A stretch of 64,000 nt of DNA from Octopus vulgaris (Eukaryota), in NCBI GenBank assembly GCA_951406725.2, contig OX597823.1, forward strand, positions 68,820,001-68,884,000, given 5' to 3'. How positions within the stretch are numbered: the stretch's first letter is position 1; every line of letters starts with the position of its first letter. This document shows positions 11,713 through 26,412 of the stretch, piece by piece. Made by a program: the position numbers and the translations under genes. A model generated the notes under the pieces. The model was not told the DNA's origin, did no database searches, and was given only the letters and a program-made list of their open reading frames with translations.

Positions 11713-13148
11713 AATGAAATTTCCCAACAATACTCATATTATTGAATAGCATTGACTGACATGGAACAGACCATTGATAGTTCACATATAAATCAAACAC
11801 TAACTGAAAGATTATAAACATTGTCAGTTTACAATTTTCCATATTTTTTTCACAAAGCAATTGTCTTGATTGTTTGCTTTCTTCACTTTTAGCATCTCTA
11901 ATACAATTCCATTGATTGTACATTTCAATGGTTGCAATGACATATTGCAGCAAACACACTTCTTATTTGGAATTTTTCAGTTCTCTTTTAAAAAAGTGCA
12001 GAAAAGCATCTATTCTAATTTCTTCAATAATTCCATTCTTGCTGAATTCATTTTTTTTTTTTTTTTTCAAAACTAGAAATCTAAATAGTGACCTGCAGCT
12101 TGGAATTCACAATTCGATTTTAATTTTTGTGTAAAGATTTCTTTGTAGAAAGAGAGAAACCATTTCTGTTTCTCTTTTTCTTCAGTTTCATCATAATTTG
12201 ATTGTCATCTCTTCTTTCTACTTATATTGACCAAATACAAAATAAAAAATATGAACTGATGAATGGAATTCAAAAACTGAAATTTAAAAAAAAAAATTTT
12301 GAACAATATGTCCTGTATTTAAAACATAATTAACAAAAAAAATGAAATGATGTTGAAAATTAACAAATTACTGCAAGAGAGAGGTTCACAAACTTAAAAA
12401 ATTGATATTTCAAATCTTTTCTTTCCAAAATATTTAAAACATATAATTGCAAAGAATATGAAAAAATGTGTAAAAGTTACAGCAGTTTAAGTAATCTTTG
12501 GCAGGCATAGGTAAATATTATTTTTAAAGTCTATTTTCTGAGATTGTATATGTATTTTTGTCAAAATTAAGCATGCCATTTTAAAAATCTTGATTGGCAC
12601 ATATTGTTTCTGCTATTGTTGATATTAATTTTGTTACTATTGCTACCTTTGCTTTTCTTGTGATTCCAGTTGCTGCAACAGCTGTCAATCAATGTTCTTT
12701 TTTTCTTTTTGTATCTCCCTACTCACCTCTGAGAAAGTTAATTGAAATTAAATGCTTTGTCCCTGGGACCTTTTAGTATTGTAAAAATATTTGTTTATTC
12801 ATTCTCAACCAATCAACCTTCGACATGGTTGAATAACTAATCCTAAATAGTTAGGATCCACAATACAGGCTGTACTATTCATTTTTTTTTATCATTGAGT
12901 ACAAATTTTCCTGGGTCACCATCTCACTCTTGTATGCCAATCCATCACAAGGTTACCCATTTACAGCTGAGTGGACTGGTGCAATAGGAAATGAAGTGTT
13001 TTGCTCAAGAACATAATGCACCACCCTTTTTTCTGCAAGTGTGAGAGAGAGAGAGAGAGGGGGAAGAGAGAGGGACAGTGTGTGTGTGAGTGCATGCGTG
13101 CGAATGCTTTTGTGTATGCCATAGATTCTGTGCAAGGTATGAATAGTT

Positions 13149-13315
13149 GTGAGGGAGTGCTGAAAAGTTCCTGGTTTTAAGGGTATCATGAAAGGCCTGG
13201 TTGCAGGCCCAATCGTCCAAATTTTTTTACAGTGCTTAGAAAAACTGAAGGACCGTTGCAATAAATGAATCTGAGAAGGGGAATATGTTGAATAAAATCA
13301 TAATTAACTGATGAT
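13149..13315 (+). mobile_element. Mariner-derived deletion remnant
   Basis: Mariner-type TIR gagggagtgctgaaaagttcctgg, followed closely by a transposase C-terminus remnant LEKLKDRCNK..NLR-GEYVE*. Confidence 0.6.
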
Positions 13316-14814
13316 CTTGCATTTTTCATCACTGTTCATAAATGCTTATATATATATCAGATTTATTATTTTTATGGTGAATGTCTTTGTCTTTGCAAAT
13401 GGACTGTATATGTAAGGGTGTGTATGCTTGTACGTATAGACATTAAAATTCAGTTGCTTAATTTGTTCTTGGAATGGTAGGGATCACACTACAATTTAAT
13501 AACTCATGATCTTTCATTGTAATAGCTCACAGAAAGAAGGAATGAGGCATTTGGCTGCAATGAACTATACTTCAAACAATCATATGCAAAGCATATAAAC
13601 TTACATATGCATGAAACACACAGATGTACATTTATTAACAAACCAATGTATGCTTGCTCACACATCAGTGTCTGTTTTCTAATAAACCCACACCAATGTA
13701 TATTTATCAACCTATAGGTCTACAATAATTTTTCTTCTAGGAGGGTATGGTGGTGAAGGCAGTCTAACATGTCCACCACAGTATCTGATTGACACTGTGT
13801 TTATCAGCCAACTTTTTTCAAAATGCACATTCATGGTGGTATAGATCTGCAACATGCAGGTATGTGGTAAGATGTAAGCATATGGTGGTATGTGTCAATC
13901 AAGAAACATATATATATATATATATATATATAACAGGCTTCTTTCAGTTTCTGCCCTACAAATGCACTCACAAGGCTTTGGTCAGCCCAAGGCTATAGTA
14001 GATGACACTTGACCAAGGTGCCATGCAGTAGGACTGAACCCAGAACTATGTTGTTAGGAAGTAAACTTCTTACCATGCAGTTACACCTACACCTATAAAA
14101 TAAGCATAAGTCATCTCTGGGTAGGCAGCTTGTAAAGTAACTTATGCTTATTACAACTTACATAAATTAAGACTTTGATACTGTTGTTTTTAATGTTGCT
14201 GCCATTACTGTTGCCATCTTCATAACTGTTGATCTGCTGTAACATCACATAGTACTTGGTCTTTAAATTTGCTTCTGCCACGTGTCTGATCATGAACATC
14301 TTTGATTCCAAGCAAGACCTTAATTTCCTAAGTTTGTTGAATAGCCAAAAAGCCTTCTATGTGTACAAATATTTGTGTCATTTATTATATATTTATTTTT
14401 TGTTACTATTATATTTGTGTCATTATATGTTTATTTTTTTGTTACTATCTTTGTTTTTTCTCGTTTAATTTATTTTCTCACTCACCTCATTACTAATCCT
14501 TATTACTGTTTGGTCCTCTTTTTACTATTTGGACACTTTTCTTTGTGCTTGTCTTAGTCTGGACTTCATGTTTGCTCATTTATACACCAGCTACTTTTTT
14601 CAAATGATATTACCAAACTGTGCAATATCACTACGGTATCAAAACTGAGATGGTTTTTAGTCAATAATTGATGAGGGACGATCATATCTTTTGTGTGTGT
14701 TTTTTCCTTTTTTCTGTATGTTCCTTCATTGCTCTCTTGTACCACACTTTACAACATATTTTAGTGTGTGTATCATGTGTTAATATGACTGTGTGTATCT
14801 ACTTGTCTTTCAAT

Positions 14815-15200
<386 letters not shown>

Positions 15201-15798
15201 TTCATGCGCAAGTTTTGTAAACTTTGATGATGAAAGTAAAATTTTCATTGATTAACATTGCCAAAAATTCTGTTTAATGATGTATTGCTGACTACCTAAT
15301 AATGATTGTTGGTTAAATTTTAAATATCCGCATCTGTTTATGAAGTTTAGATTATACAGCAAACTTTTCTTCAAGTATGAAATGAAATGTTATTGTATAC
15401 TTTAACTGGTGCACAGTCAAAGTTTATGATCTCAGAATTATAATCCCTTTGATCGTCCATAGATTATATCATATCAGTAAATCTACAGACCATAGCAACT
15501 ACATGAATTATTTAATAGAAAAGTAGGAATTTAGTTCTAAAGTTTATTTCAATTAATAATCATTCTACTCTTTTTTGTTGTTTTTGTTGTTTAGCACTAA
15601 GTGTGCTCTGATTGAACAAACCTATGATCAAAGGCATTCAAGTTGTGACAATTCCAGCCTTGTCTCTTTTCTTAATGTTTTTGCAGAGGCAGTTCAATCT
15701 GGACAACACTATTTTATAAAAATATCCTTAAAGATAGCATGGTGTAGTTTAACAGAGATATGGCTGTTATTTCCAACATATAGAGTAACTATATAGAG

Positions 15799-16129
15799 CA
15801 GGGCTGGCCAATCTGAGGCCCATGGGCTGCATGAGGCTTGCAGATTTTTATCTTCCGACCTGCTTGATACTTTCTTGAAATGGATTTATGTAAACAAACA
15901 ATTTTAAAATTTTATCAAAAATTAAAGCTTGTAATGAAAAGTAAAAAAGAAAGATACTACTGCTTTTGCAACGATAATGCTTCATGTTTAATTAATGATC
16001 ATTCATTCATTATTGTAATAATAGCATGAGAAAGCAAAATGCTTTTGATTCTGTCATATACAGGTGGCCCTCAAAAAACATTTCTGTGATTAAAGTGGCC
16101 CACAAAGTAATTTGAGTTAGCCAGACCTG
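15799..16129. mobile_element. hAT (Charlie-like) MITE
   Basis: TIRs cagggctggccaa / ttagccagacctg (11 of 13), 8-bp TSD atatagag / atgtagac with central TA, and subterminal ggccc repeats. Confidence 0.75.
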
Positions 16130-16575
16130 ATGTAGACCTATTTTCATTGAATTGTACAACAATTTTCGGTTTTTCATTAGAGTTTGAGTCAGCCGAATAT
16201 TTTTTGTTTCACATCCTGTTAAATGTACTACACAGAGTCTCAAGAAAAGATGCTTAATTTTCAATGGACCAGTTCGTCTGCCTCTAAATAGTTACCATTA
16301 TAAGTTATAGTTCATTGCTGGAGGTAGAGAACATTTTGGTCTGCACCAGCATTAAAAATATAAAAAAAATTAATCATAAATGTAGCCGATGGTGTGTGGT
16401 TAAGAAGTTTGTTTTTGACCACATGATGCCAACTTTGGTCCAGCTGTATGTAATCTTGGACAAATGTCTTCATCTATACCTTCTGGCTGACTACCAGCCT
16501 GGGTGTGAAGTGAGCAGTTGGAAACTAAGTTGAAGACTGCCTCCCCCCCCCCCACACACTCACATATTATGTATA

Positions 16576-16638
<63 letters not shown>

Positions 16639-16862
16639 GTTTGTTGTGATCATCATCATCACCATTTAACTTTTGCTTTCCATGCTGGCAAGGGTTGGAT
16701 GATTTCACAGGAGCTGGAAAGCCAGGAGATTGTGGAAGCTCTACTGTCTGCTTTGGCATGGTTTTTATGGCTGGATGTCCTTCATAAATCCCTTCCTATA
16801 TTTATGTATATATTCAATATATTTATACATATACCTACATATATATATATATATGTGTGTGT

Positions 16863-16923
<61 letters not shown>

Positions 16924-18577
16924 TGTGTGTATATGCAGATATATATATAAATATACAATATAACTAGACACACACACACACTCTTAAGCACATATATAAT
17001 CAGTAACAATATTACTTCTGTCTTTTCCTATGATGGCATGAGTTTGATGAAACTATATTGAGACAGATTTTATTAGGGTAAACCCTCTTTCTGTTCCCAA
17101 CCCTTAACCTTTACTTGCTTTGTTTTACATGTAAAGTTTCCACCTGCCCAATCACCAGGTGTTTACCGAACTATGTTAACATTCCTCAAGTAATAAAATT
17201 ATCAGCATCTGACAAGCTATAGAAAATTTAGAGAGCACCACAACTGTCATATGACCTTTAAACTACACTTGTTTCCTACTACAATAGAATCTGTTCCGCT
17301 CAACAGCTCTGAATGCTGTTCTCTTATGCTGGCCCAACAGTGATCACTAGATGGTGCCTACACTTGATTTCTGCAAAAGGCCTTCAACATCACTTATACC
17401 AACCTTATATCAATCAAATCAATATATAGTTAGTTCTTTACTACCAGTCAGTTAGACAATCAAATAAAGAGCAAAAATTCGATGGCCACTGTTTTCATCA
17501 AACAGATCAACTTGTCTTTGTGTTTTTTCCTATAAACCCACATGAGGATGTTTGGTCATCAGACCAATATGACGTGTGTCCATGAACTTATGGTGGGACA
17601 CAGGAGTGTGCACTGTCTCAAGTGTATGCAATGTCATCTTGCACACCTGAAAGGAAGTTTCTTCTTGAGTTGGAGCCACAGTTTATGAGTGATGTGGTAT
17701 AGTCTAAGTAGATGAACTACAGGGTCATTTTGTTTTAATCAGAGAAAGTAAAGTATGTCACTGCCTTTCATTTATGTGGGGTACATAGGACAACATGCTG
17801 ACTTGGCTGTTATGCATACATGATACTTACACCACACACAAACACACACACACATACAAACTCACACACATATACAAATGTGTGTGTGCACGTGTGTATT
17901 GTGAGCATGTATATGTACAGCTGCTTTGTGCTAACTAAATATTACTAACTCTCACTATGTCTGTCTTCTAAAACATTGATCATGATTAACTAAGCGATCT
18001 CTATGGCAGCTTGGATAGTTGACCTTCTTTGACTCAAAGATATAAAAAAACATAATTCTCTTTTCTCTTTTTTCTCTCAATTTCACTGATAAATATAAAA
18101 ATAAAATCCCTACCTTCCATTCTAAATTACTATAAAATGGATTTTCTCTGTAGATTACATACAGTTGTGTATTCACCCTGTCAATTAACATATGTTGTTA
18201 TACAATAATGAAATGAATTACAATATTCCTCTGAAGATCTGGCATTTCAATCCTATTATACAATCTATCAGAGTTCATTAGTGAAACACATGTAAATAAT
18301 ATCATTCGTATAGTCCAACCCATGCTAGCATGGAAAGCGGATGTTAAACGATGATGATGATGATGATGATGTAACAAAATCACTTAAACAAACTTTCCTC
18401 TTGCATCCTACCCTCAAAAATACACACTGCAGATTACTCAAATGTATATATCAAATGAAAATTGGAAGACAAATAATATTTCATACCTTAGTCAGAATCT
18501 AGGTATACAAGAATTTCCAAGGAGTTCTAAACATTGGTTAATTGTTGTACTATCTCAGTTGAAACAACTCTACTTAA

Positions 18578-18629
<52 letters not shown>

Positions 18630-19381
18630 ACACATACACATACATATATATAGGCCTATGCACTACATGATTCCTCAATTTCCACTTTCTAAACTCACTC
18701 AGATGGCATTAGTTGGCCTATGACTATAGTGGAAGTCATTTACTTAAGATGGCTTTTGGTGGAACTGAAACACAATCCACATGGTTCCAAGCAATGCTGT
18801 ATGAATGTATGTGTGTGTATGTGTATTTGTGTGCATCATTGTTTATGTTCTATAACTTAGTATATGACAAATAGATATTGAAATGATAAGTAGAAAATTT
18901 TCAAATGTTCTGGAGTCAATATAAAGAATTAATAAACTCTTTCAGTTGGTACCCTCCACATAACCATTGTCCAATGGACTGAAACAAATAAAAGAATATG
19001 AAAATATGACAGACATATGAATTAGATAATCTAATTGTCGAGTATTTCATAGCATAATTGTGTTAAGTATAAATTTGTTCAAGCTGTTGTAGAGTGGAAG
19101 TGGCAACCATTTCATCATATATATCAATGGTGTTAATCACCCATTGTTAAACACATCCAATCAGAAAAAGTCAAGTAATTTATTGATATAATAAGCTATC
19201 TAAAATGAAATTTATGTATGTATGTATGCATGTATGCGTGTATGTATGTATGTATGTATGTATGTATGTACGTACGTACGTACGTATGTATGTATGTATG
19301 TATGTATGTATGTATGTATGTATGTATGTACGTACGTACGTATGTATGTATGAATGTATGTATGGATGGATGGGTGGATAT

Positions 19382-19414
<33 letters not shown>

Positions 19415-19830
19415 GGCACAGGAGTGGCTGTGTGGTAAGTAGCTTGCTAACCAACCACATGGTTCCGGGTTCAGTCCCACTGCGTGGCATCTTGGGCAAG
19501 TGTCTTCTGCTATAGCCCCGGGCCGACCAATGCCTTGTGAGTGGATTTGGTAGACGGAAACTGAAAGAAGCCCGTCGTATATGTGTATGTATATATATAT
19601 ATATATGTGTGTGTGTACGTGTTGTGTGTCTGTGTTTGTCCCCCTAGCATTGCTTGACAACCGATGCTGGTGTGTTTACGTCCCCGTCACTTAGCGGTTC
19701 GGCAAAAGAGACCGATAGAATAAGTACTGGGCTTACAAAGAATAAGTCCCGGGGTCGATTTGCTCGACTAAAGGCGGTGCTCCAGCATGGCCGCAGTCAA
19801 ATGACTGAAACAAGTAAAAGAGTAAAGAGT
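19415..19830 (+). repeat. Full-length, CpG-retaining SINE family B copy
   Basis: A-box-like TGGCTGTGTGG, B-box-like GGTTCAGTCCC, cttgggcaagtgtctt body, central TA/TG microsatellite and gtaaaagagtaaagag tail. Flanked by (TA)n on both sides. Confidence 0.9.
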
Positions 19831-20639
19831 AATATATATATATATATATTGAGAGAATACTTGTAAATGATTCAACTTCTTGAAATATTAAATTTGTAGA
19901 AATGACATTACTTAATTGAGTAAAACATTATTTGGAGAGCAGTAACTCCTTCAAATAAAAATGTAACTAAAATCTGATTCAGATATACATTTAAAAAGAA
20001 ATATTGAAGATTTCAGGAATACAATGCTTTCTTAATGCTGTAAATGTCTGTATTTATTATATTCACTTCAGAAGGATTGAAAGGCACAGATGGTCTCTGA
20101 GGGACTCGCACTCATAATATAAAACAATGCAACTAAATGCCACATGAGTCCAACTGATTCCAGCCAACTGAAGAAATAATATTGACCTTAGAAATAATCA
20201 TAAGAACAGTGAAGTTTAGAAATTATATATTCAAAGATATTAATGTTTTGTTTTTGATGGGGCAGAAGCCAGCTTTTGTAGTTAACATGTATAGCTCATT
20301 GGATCAACTCTATTATAATCCAACAATATAATGGCTTGAGTGTTGTACTCAGATTGCAAGATCATGATTTCAATTCCAGATTGATGGTGTGATGTATTCT
20401 TGAGCAAAACATTTCATTTGATGTTGCTCCAGTGCACTCAGTTGAAAATGGGTAATGCTGCCATGGAATGGTGTTCTGTTTAAGGAGAATATTGGCCTGC
20501 TTGTCTGCCTAGCCAATGGGGTGGCAGGTGACATCATTTGAAAGCTACAACAATGTAAGGAAGTGCATTGTGACCAGCAGTGAATAACAAAATCTGATAG
20601 TCTAGTCAATAGATAAAGTTAGGTAATGTTACCCTCTTG

Positions 20640-20860
20640 AGTGGTACTGACTCATAAGGACTGGTTTTCTAGTTTCATGGCGTATATATTCCACACCTGG
20701 ATGGGATGCCAGTCCATCGCAGGATTAATCATTTTTACCATTTCAACAGACAATGTGAATTGAAGTATTTTGCTCAAGAACATTTGTTGCTTGGCCTAGG
20801 AATCAAAACCACAATCTTATGATCATGAGTCCAACAACCACTGAGATACGTGCCTCCACA
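20640..20860 (-). repeat. tRNA-headed SINE of another family (further copies at ~12880-13025, 20335-20460, 34585-34830, 44760-44870, 48805-48950)
   Basis: Shared gtgttttgctcaagaacac core and a ggaatcgaaaccacgatcttatgat...aaccactaagccacgtgcc head, read on the plus strand. Confidence 0.7.
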
Positions 20861-21067
20861 ATAGCCTAGTCAATGCAGATAACTGCATTTATTTGACTGT
20901 TTCTGAAAGTATAGACTGTAAAATTCACTTCCATGAAGGTCTAACTCAGAAATTCGAATAATAAAATATTTCATCTGTTGTTTTATTGTTTCTGTCAGTT
21001 TTCCAGAGTAGATAATAGTGAGATTGAAAAGACTTAAGACATATGGTTCAAAGATTATTATATTTCA

Positions 21068-21278
21068 TCTTTTCTTTTATTTGTTCCATTCATTAGACTC
21101 TGGCAATGCTGGGGCACCACCTTGAAGAATTTTAGTTGAATGAATCCACTCCGGTACTTATTTTTATAAAGCCTGGTACTTATTCTATCAGCCTCTGTTG
21201 CCAAACCACTAAGTCATGGGGATGTAAACATACCAACACCAGTTCTCAAAGGGTGGGGGACAAACACAGACACAAAGA

Positions 21279-21321
<43 letters not shown>

Positions 21322-21873
21322 CCATATGTATATGTATATACAGTGAGCTTTGATCTGTTTCTGTCTACCAAATCCACACACAAGGCTTTGGTCAGCCTGA
21401 GGCTATAGTAGAAGACACTTGCCCAAGGTGTTATGCAGTGGGACTGAACCAGAACCATATAGATAGAAAGTAAACTTCCTACCACACAGCACCACTCTTT
21501 TACTCTTTTACTTGTTTCAGTCATGTGACTATGGTCATGCTGGAGCAACGCCTTTAGTCAAGCAAATCGACCCCAGGACTTATTCTTTGTAAGCCTAGTA
21601 CTTATTCTATCGGTCTCTTATGCCGAACGACTAAGTTATGGGGACATAAACACACCAGCATCGGTTATCAAGTGATGTTGGGGGGGACAAACACAGACAC
21701 ACAAGCATACACACACACACATATTTATACATATATACGACAGGCTTCGTTCAGTTTCTGTCTACCAAATCCACTCACAAGGCTTTGGTTGGCCCGAGGT
21801 TATAGCAGTGGGACTGAACCCACAACCATATGGTCAGTAAGCAAGGTACTTACCACACAGTCACTCCTATGCC
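21068..21873 (-). repeat. Head-to-tail pair of SINE family B copies
   Basis: Two reverse-complement copies abut directly (about 21068-21491 and 21495-21873). Confidence 0.8.
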
Positions 21874-23994
21874 TATGTTCATAAATTAAAAAATATTCTC
21901 TTTGGATGTTAGGTTGCATTCTAGACCAAGGCACATTAGTCTTTATTGTTTGAACCTATTTATGTGTAAAATGTGTACGTTCCATTTGAGTTCCTGTTAT
22001 GGAATGCATCCTATTATAAACCCGTAGACATAGAGGCACCTGGTGCCTGCATATTTAAGAAGTCATTTCATTAGTTTACAGACTAGAACTGAAGGCCTCC
22101 ATGGACTACATTCTTAGTGAATAGATTCTGTCTTTTGAATTATTAGATAAGCAACATGAAATAGAAATAACTTTCCTGTCAAAATGAGTTTGAAATTTGG
22201 TTCCCAATTGTAGCTATCTTGCTTCATTTTTCATCTCTGGTTTTCTTGGAAATGCTATGAACATTGATTGTGTAGCATTAATTTCCCCCAAGAAACACCA
22301 ACTTTTATTCTTCACCAAAGAAAGAAGCTACTTCAGTGTGTTTGCCCAAAGACACTGTTATATCATAAAAAATTATGGCATTAATTATATACAGCACCAA
22401 AAGACAACAAAATTGAATACAATAAAAAAAGAATCATATAAAATGTCTGAATGTGTTTCTGTTATAATCCTTTTATTTATAATCATATGTGATAGCAAGA
22501 ATACAATTGTGGTTAGTCTTGGCAAGAATTAGTTTGCTTAAAAACTGATGTTTGTTATTGAAGAGAAAAATCAATCTAATACCTAGGGCCTATCACTAGA
22601 GAAATTTTTTCCTCAAACATTAGATAATTCTTTTTGTAACACTATACTGAAATACCTTAGATGTTTTGCTTTATATTTATAATTCAAATAATTTTGTTCT
22701 AACACTTTTTCTGAATAATTATTAATGTTTGCAGCTCAGTCCCTATTAGAGCCTGCCTGAAATGTTGGATATCACATGGGCAAGTTGATGAAATATTGTC
22801 ATTGAGCAGTAGGATAATTTACTCCTCTGCAGATCAAAAGAGATGAGCAATGAATGGAAGTATGGACACAAATTTTGGGTTAACCAAGGTTGGGTAACCT
22901 GGGCAAAGGTATCTGGTTTTTGACATCACTAGTCATGTGTCCAGCTATTTCAGAGGACAATGTATGAAAAGATATTCCAATGAAACTGATTACCAAGAGT
23001 TTTATAAATCATAAAAGGAACCAAATAGACACTATCAGTATTAATACCACTCCAAAATAACAGGTTAAATTGACTGTATATTACAATAATATTGTAGAAC
23101 ATTATGCTCTAAGTTTGGGACATAACATTTAAAGTTCAAATTCTTCCAGAGTTGATAATAAAAGTACCAATTATATACTGGGATCATTTGGTTAATTAGA
23201 ACTGTTGCTTTTAAAACTGGTTTCAGGCCAAGTCAAAATTTATCAAAATTATTGTGCCATGTGGTAAATGCTATAAGTAAAGATTGAAACCACCTGAGTC
23301 AGGTGATTTGCCTGGACCAATAAAACACATTGATCCTTAGTCAACTCAACTGTCTCATCTGTGCATGTCATGTCTACAGATGATAGCAGTAGTTTTCTAA
23401 CTGAACTGGTTGATCTTCACTGTTGACGGTTTGTTGTCTGTTCATCTGCTCAGCATTTAGAGATATTCACCATTGACTCCCTAAGTTCTCCTATTAAAAT
23501 AGTTCATATCTACCATGCTGCACCCCATGATTTCAATATATCCAGGCTTGGATGGTTACATGCTATTTAACCCATAAATAGTACACATAAGAGGTGCTAC
23601 TACTCCAAGCCAGAGTAGGCCTGGGAATAAGAGTGGCCAAGAGGTGGTTCTACATTTCTCAAAACCCTGGAACTCCTGAATCAGAGATCCACTATCAGAT
23701 GCAGGTTAAATTCATACCTAAGTAGCAAATCATAGTCCATTGTGAAGTTTTAGTTCCAAGAGAAGGCTTTTTTTTTACTTGGAGTGATAAAGATCTTTAA
23801 CTAATTTACTGCAGAAACCTGATATATCCATTTAAAATTTCATTACCCTTAACTGCAGGAAACAATTTTATTCAATCTATCTTTTGTAGAGAAATATCAT
23901 GTTTGAAATTGTTTTTTTGCTATGATATGAGAACTTCATGGCAGCAACATGACTTGCGAAGAATATTATTATTATGGCCCCATTCTAACCCGGG

Positions 23995-24350
23995 TCGCAA
24001 CAACAATGTCCACTTACCACACTTCTTGGTCCATCATCACTGCCTCAAGGTCCTGGATACATTCTAAGCCAGTGTCTGCAATCAAGTTGTCAATATATGA
24101 CAATGTTGACTGAATTGGATGCTTCCAGTTCAGGGTGGTGCATGCAGTGACCAGATAGTCACAGCTGACTTTGCTTGATCTTCTTGCTAATTTTTCGCAG
24201 GTCTCCATAAACACATTCATTTGTCATATGTTGCTGCCATTTTACATTTAGGGCCATTTGTAGCATCCATATAGGCCATTTGATCATTACTTTGTCAATG
24301 TTCATATTTCACTACCATATAACAGTACTGATTCTACAGTTGCAACGAAC
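23995..24350 (-). mobile_element. RTE-clade LINE 3' fragment
   Basis: TVESVLLYGSE and TLSYIDNLIADTGL...DLEAVMMDQEVW, typical of RTE C-termini. Confidence 0.7.
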
Positions 24351-25051
24351 AGCTTAATTTTAAAAAAAGTTTTGCAGAAATTACCAATTCTATTTTTTTG
24401 GTAGGTATTTAACTACTGGAATAACCATGAAAGTTAATTTTTCAGTTAAAGGGTTTAGAAAAGTTTGAGCAAAACATATTCACCTTTTTTCAACTTAAAC
24501 CTACTTTCATACCATGCTAAAAGAAATTTATTACCAACTCGTCATAACATTCATACATTCTACAAGCTTTAAACTTAACATTTCTTTTTTGGGTCAAAAC
24601 ATAAGAAAGAAATTGTAGAGGAAAAAAGTTTAGCACTGATATCAACAGTAATTTGATTGAGTAGGTCTCAGAATTAGATTTCCCTTCATTTCAAACAACT
24701 CATTCAATATTATCAAAAATATGAAATAGTTTTCTCTTTTCAACCAAACCAAATTTCCTTTTCTCTTCACAAAAAGTTTTCTCAGTGAATAAGATGAATC
24801 TGTCTACACCTAATTAGTGTTACCTTCAGAGCTATGCATTTATTTTATTTATTTATTTATTTATTTTTTTACTTTATATAAACATGAAAACTCAGATTTG
24901 AAAAGATAAGGAATAGGAAGTTCAAAACTTTATTTTCTTCTACTGAAAATTATAGTATTACTCCATTTGTCAGTGTGTGAACTTCATCCCCACCACTCTC
25001 TCTTTAAACACACATTCATATATACATACATATATAAATGCACATATATCC

Positions 25052-25082
<31 letters not shown>

Positions 25083-25280
25083 GGGAGAATTCACAAAAAA
25101 AAAAACAAAAGACGAAGACAGGTGGTGTAGAAAACAAACAGATGTATTAGTATAATGCTTGGGAATTGAAAAAGTCTTTAACGTTTTGAGCCTACACTCT
25201 TCCACAGAAAAGAACACAGAAAGAAACTAGGAAAGGAAACAAATGTGTGTAGTGGTTAGTGATCTATCATGGCAAATGTC
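25083..25280 (-). repeat. Probable Penelope-type pseudo-LTR fragment
   Basis: Short element between TA and CA microsatellites containing a very degenerate hammerhead-like string (gtggaagagtgtaggctcaaaacgtta on the minus strand). Confidence 0.35.
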
Positions 25281-25332
25281 GACACACATACACACACACA
25301 CACACACGCATATATAGATTTATGTGTATATA

Positions 25333-25369
<37 letters not shown>

Positions 25370-25492
25370 AGCTCAGCAAAATTTAGATTCAAATGAATAA
25401 GTTAGATGCACCAGAATTTTGAATGGTGTTATCCATTTAAATCCATGGGATGATTATAATCAAAATAAGCAACAAGAATAACTTTGGTAATT

Positions 25493-25576
25493 TGGTACGA
25501 TCGTTTCGCACTACATCATTTTATTAAATGTTGTTAGCATTACAACAGTTTTAAAATGCTGAGCACTCATCAGCCA
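25493..25576 (-). ncRNA. Minimal type I hammerhead ribozyme motif, sense to the PLE ORF
   Basis: Minus strand reads tgg CTGATGA gtgct...agtgc GAAAC gatc GTA cca. Intact core, stem I tgg/cca, palindromic stem III ACGATCGT and a long stem II. Confidence 0.8.
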
Positions 25577-26412
25577 TTAATAGAGGTTTTCCATTAATAC
25601 ATAATTTTCATATCAAGTGATAACCTTATATAGAAGGTAGATATATAGACAAAGATGTGGATTTAAATTTTAAGAAGATTTAAGGTAGTGGTGTTTATCA
25701 ACTGACTGACTAATAATCAGTTGCTCTGAACTACTAGAAGGTTCTGAGAAGAATGGACAAATGAAAGGAGACAACAAAGATTTTCTATTTATAGAAATAG
25801 GGGTGAAATAGATATCAAAGTTCCATACAAAGAAAAGGATTGTCACATTACAATGCCAATTACTACTATTTGGTAAACAGATTTAGCATTAGGAAAACTA
25901 GGTTAATGTCAAATGGTTATAATGACACTCATAGAGAATGCAGAGATTTTTATAAAACTAATATACATCAACATTAGCTGATAGGTTCTGAGTACTTTGA
26001 TACGTTGGATTAAAGGAGAAATTATAGATCTAAAATTTATTCAATTTAGAGAAAAGTCTATCACTTATTATGAGTAGGCATAATACTTATTAATTGGGGA
26101 AAAAGTCTTATTAATCAAGTAAATATATTAGGGGTCCAAAATATATACTAGGAAAAATAGAAGACGAAAAATCAAAGAAGAAAGGTATTCATAGGTTTAG
26201 TAGAAGGTGATTTAATAATATGAAGAGAAGTAATTTAGAAGAGTAAATTATTCAGATTTCATAGATAGTGAGTTGTTATTGATGAATTAAAATATAGGAT
26301 CTGATGGAAATAATATTTACTACTGTGGAGAAAGGTTAATTAGTTAGGTAAAAATATCTTAGGTTAATTATATATTAAGAAATGGAAGTGAGATAATCAA
26401 GGTGAATCGAAT

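Noticed and set aside
17340-17395. Possible CR1/L2 RT motif relic (D..YLDF.KAF)
   Set aside because: Needs two frameshifts in about 50 bp and has no flanking RT motifs.
19415-19490. tRNA-like sequence with A and B boxes
   Set aside because: It is the head of a multi-copy SINE and does not form a complete cloverleaf, so it is not called as a tRNA gene.
25175-25207. Hammerhead-like string gtggaagagtgtaggctcaaaacgtta on the minus strand
   Set aside because: Both conserved core boxes are altered and stem I is unclear; too degenerate to call a ribozyme.
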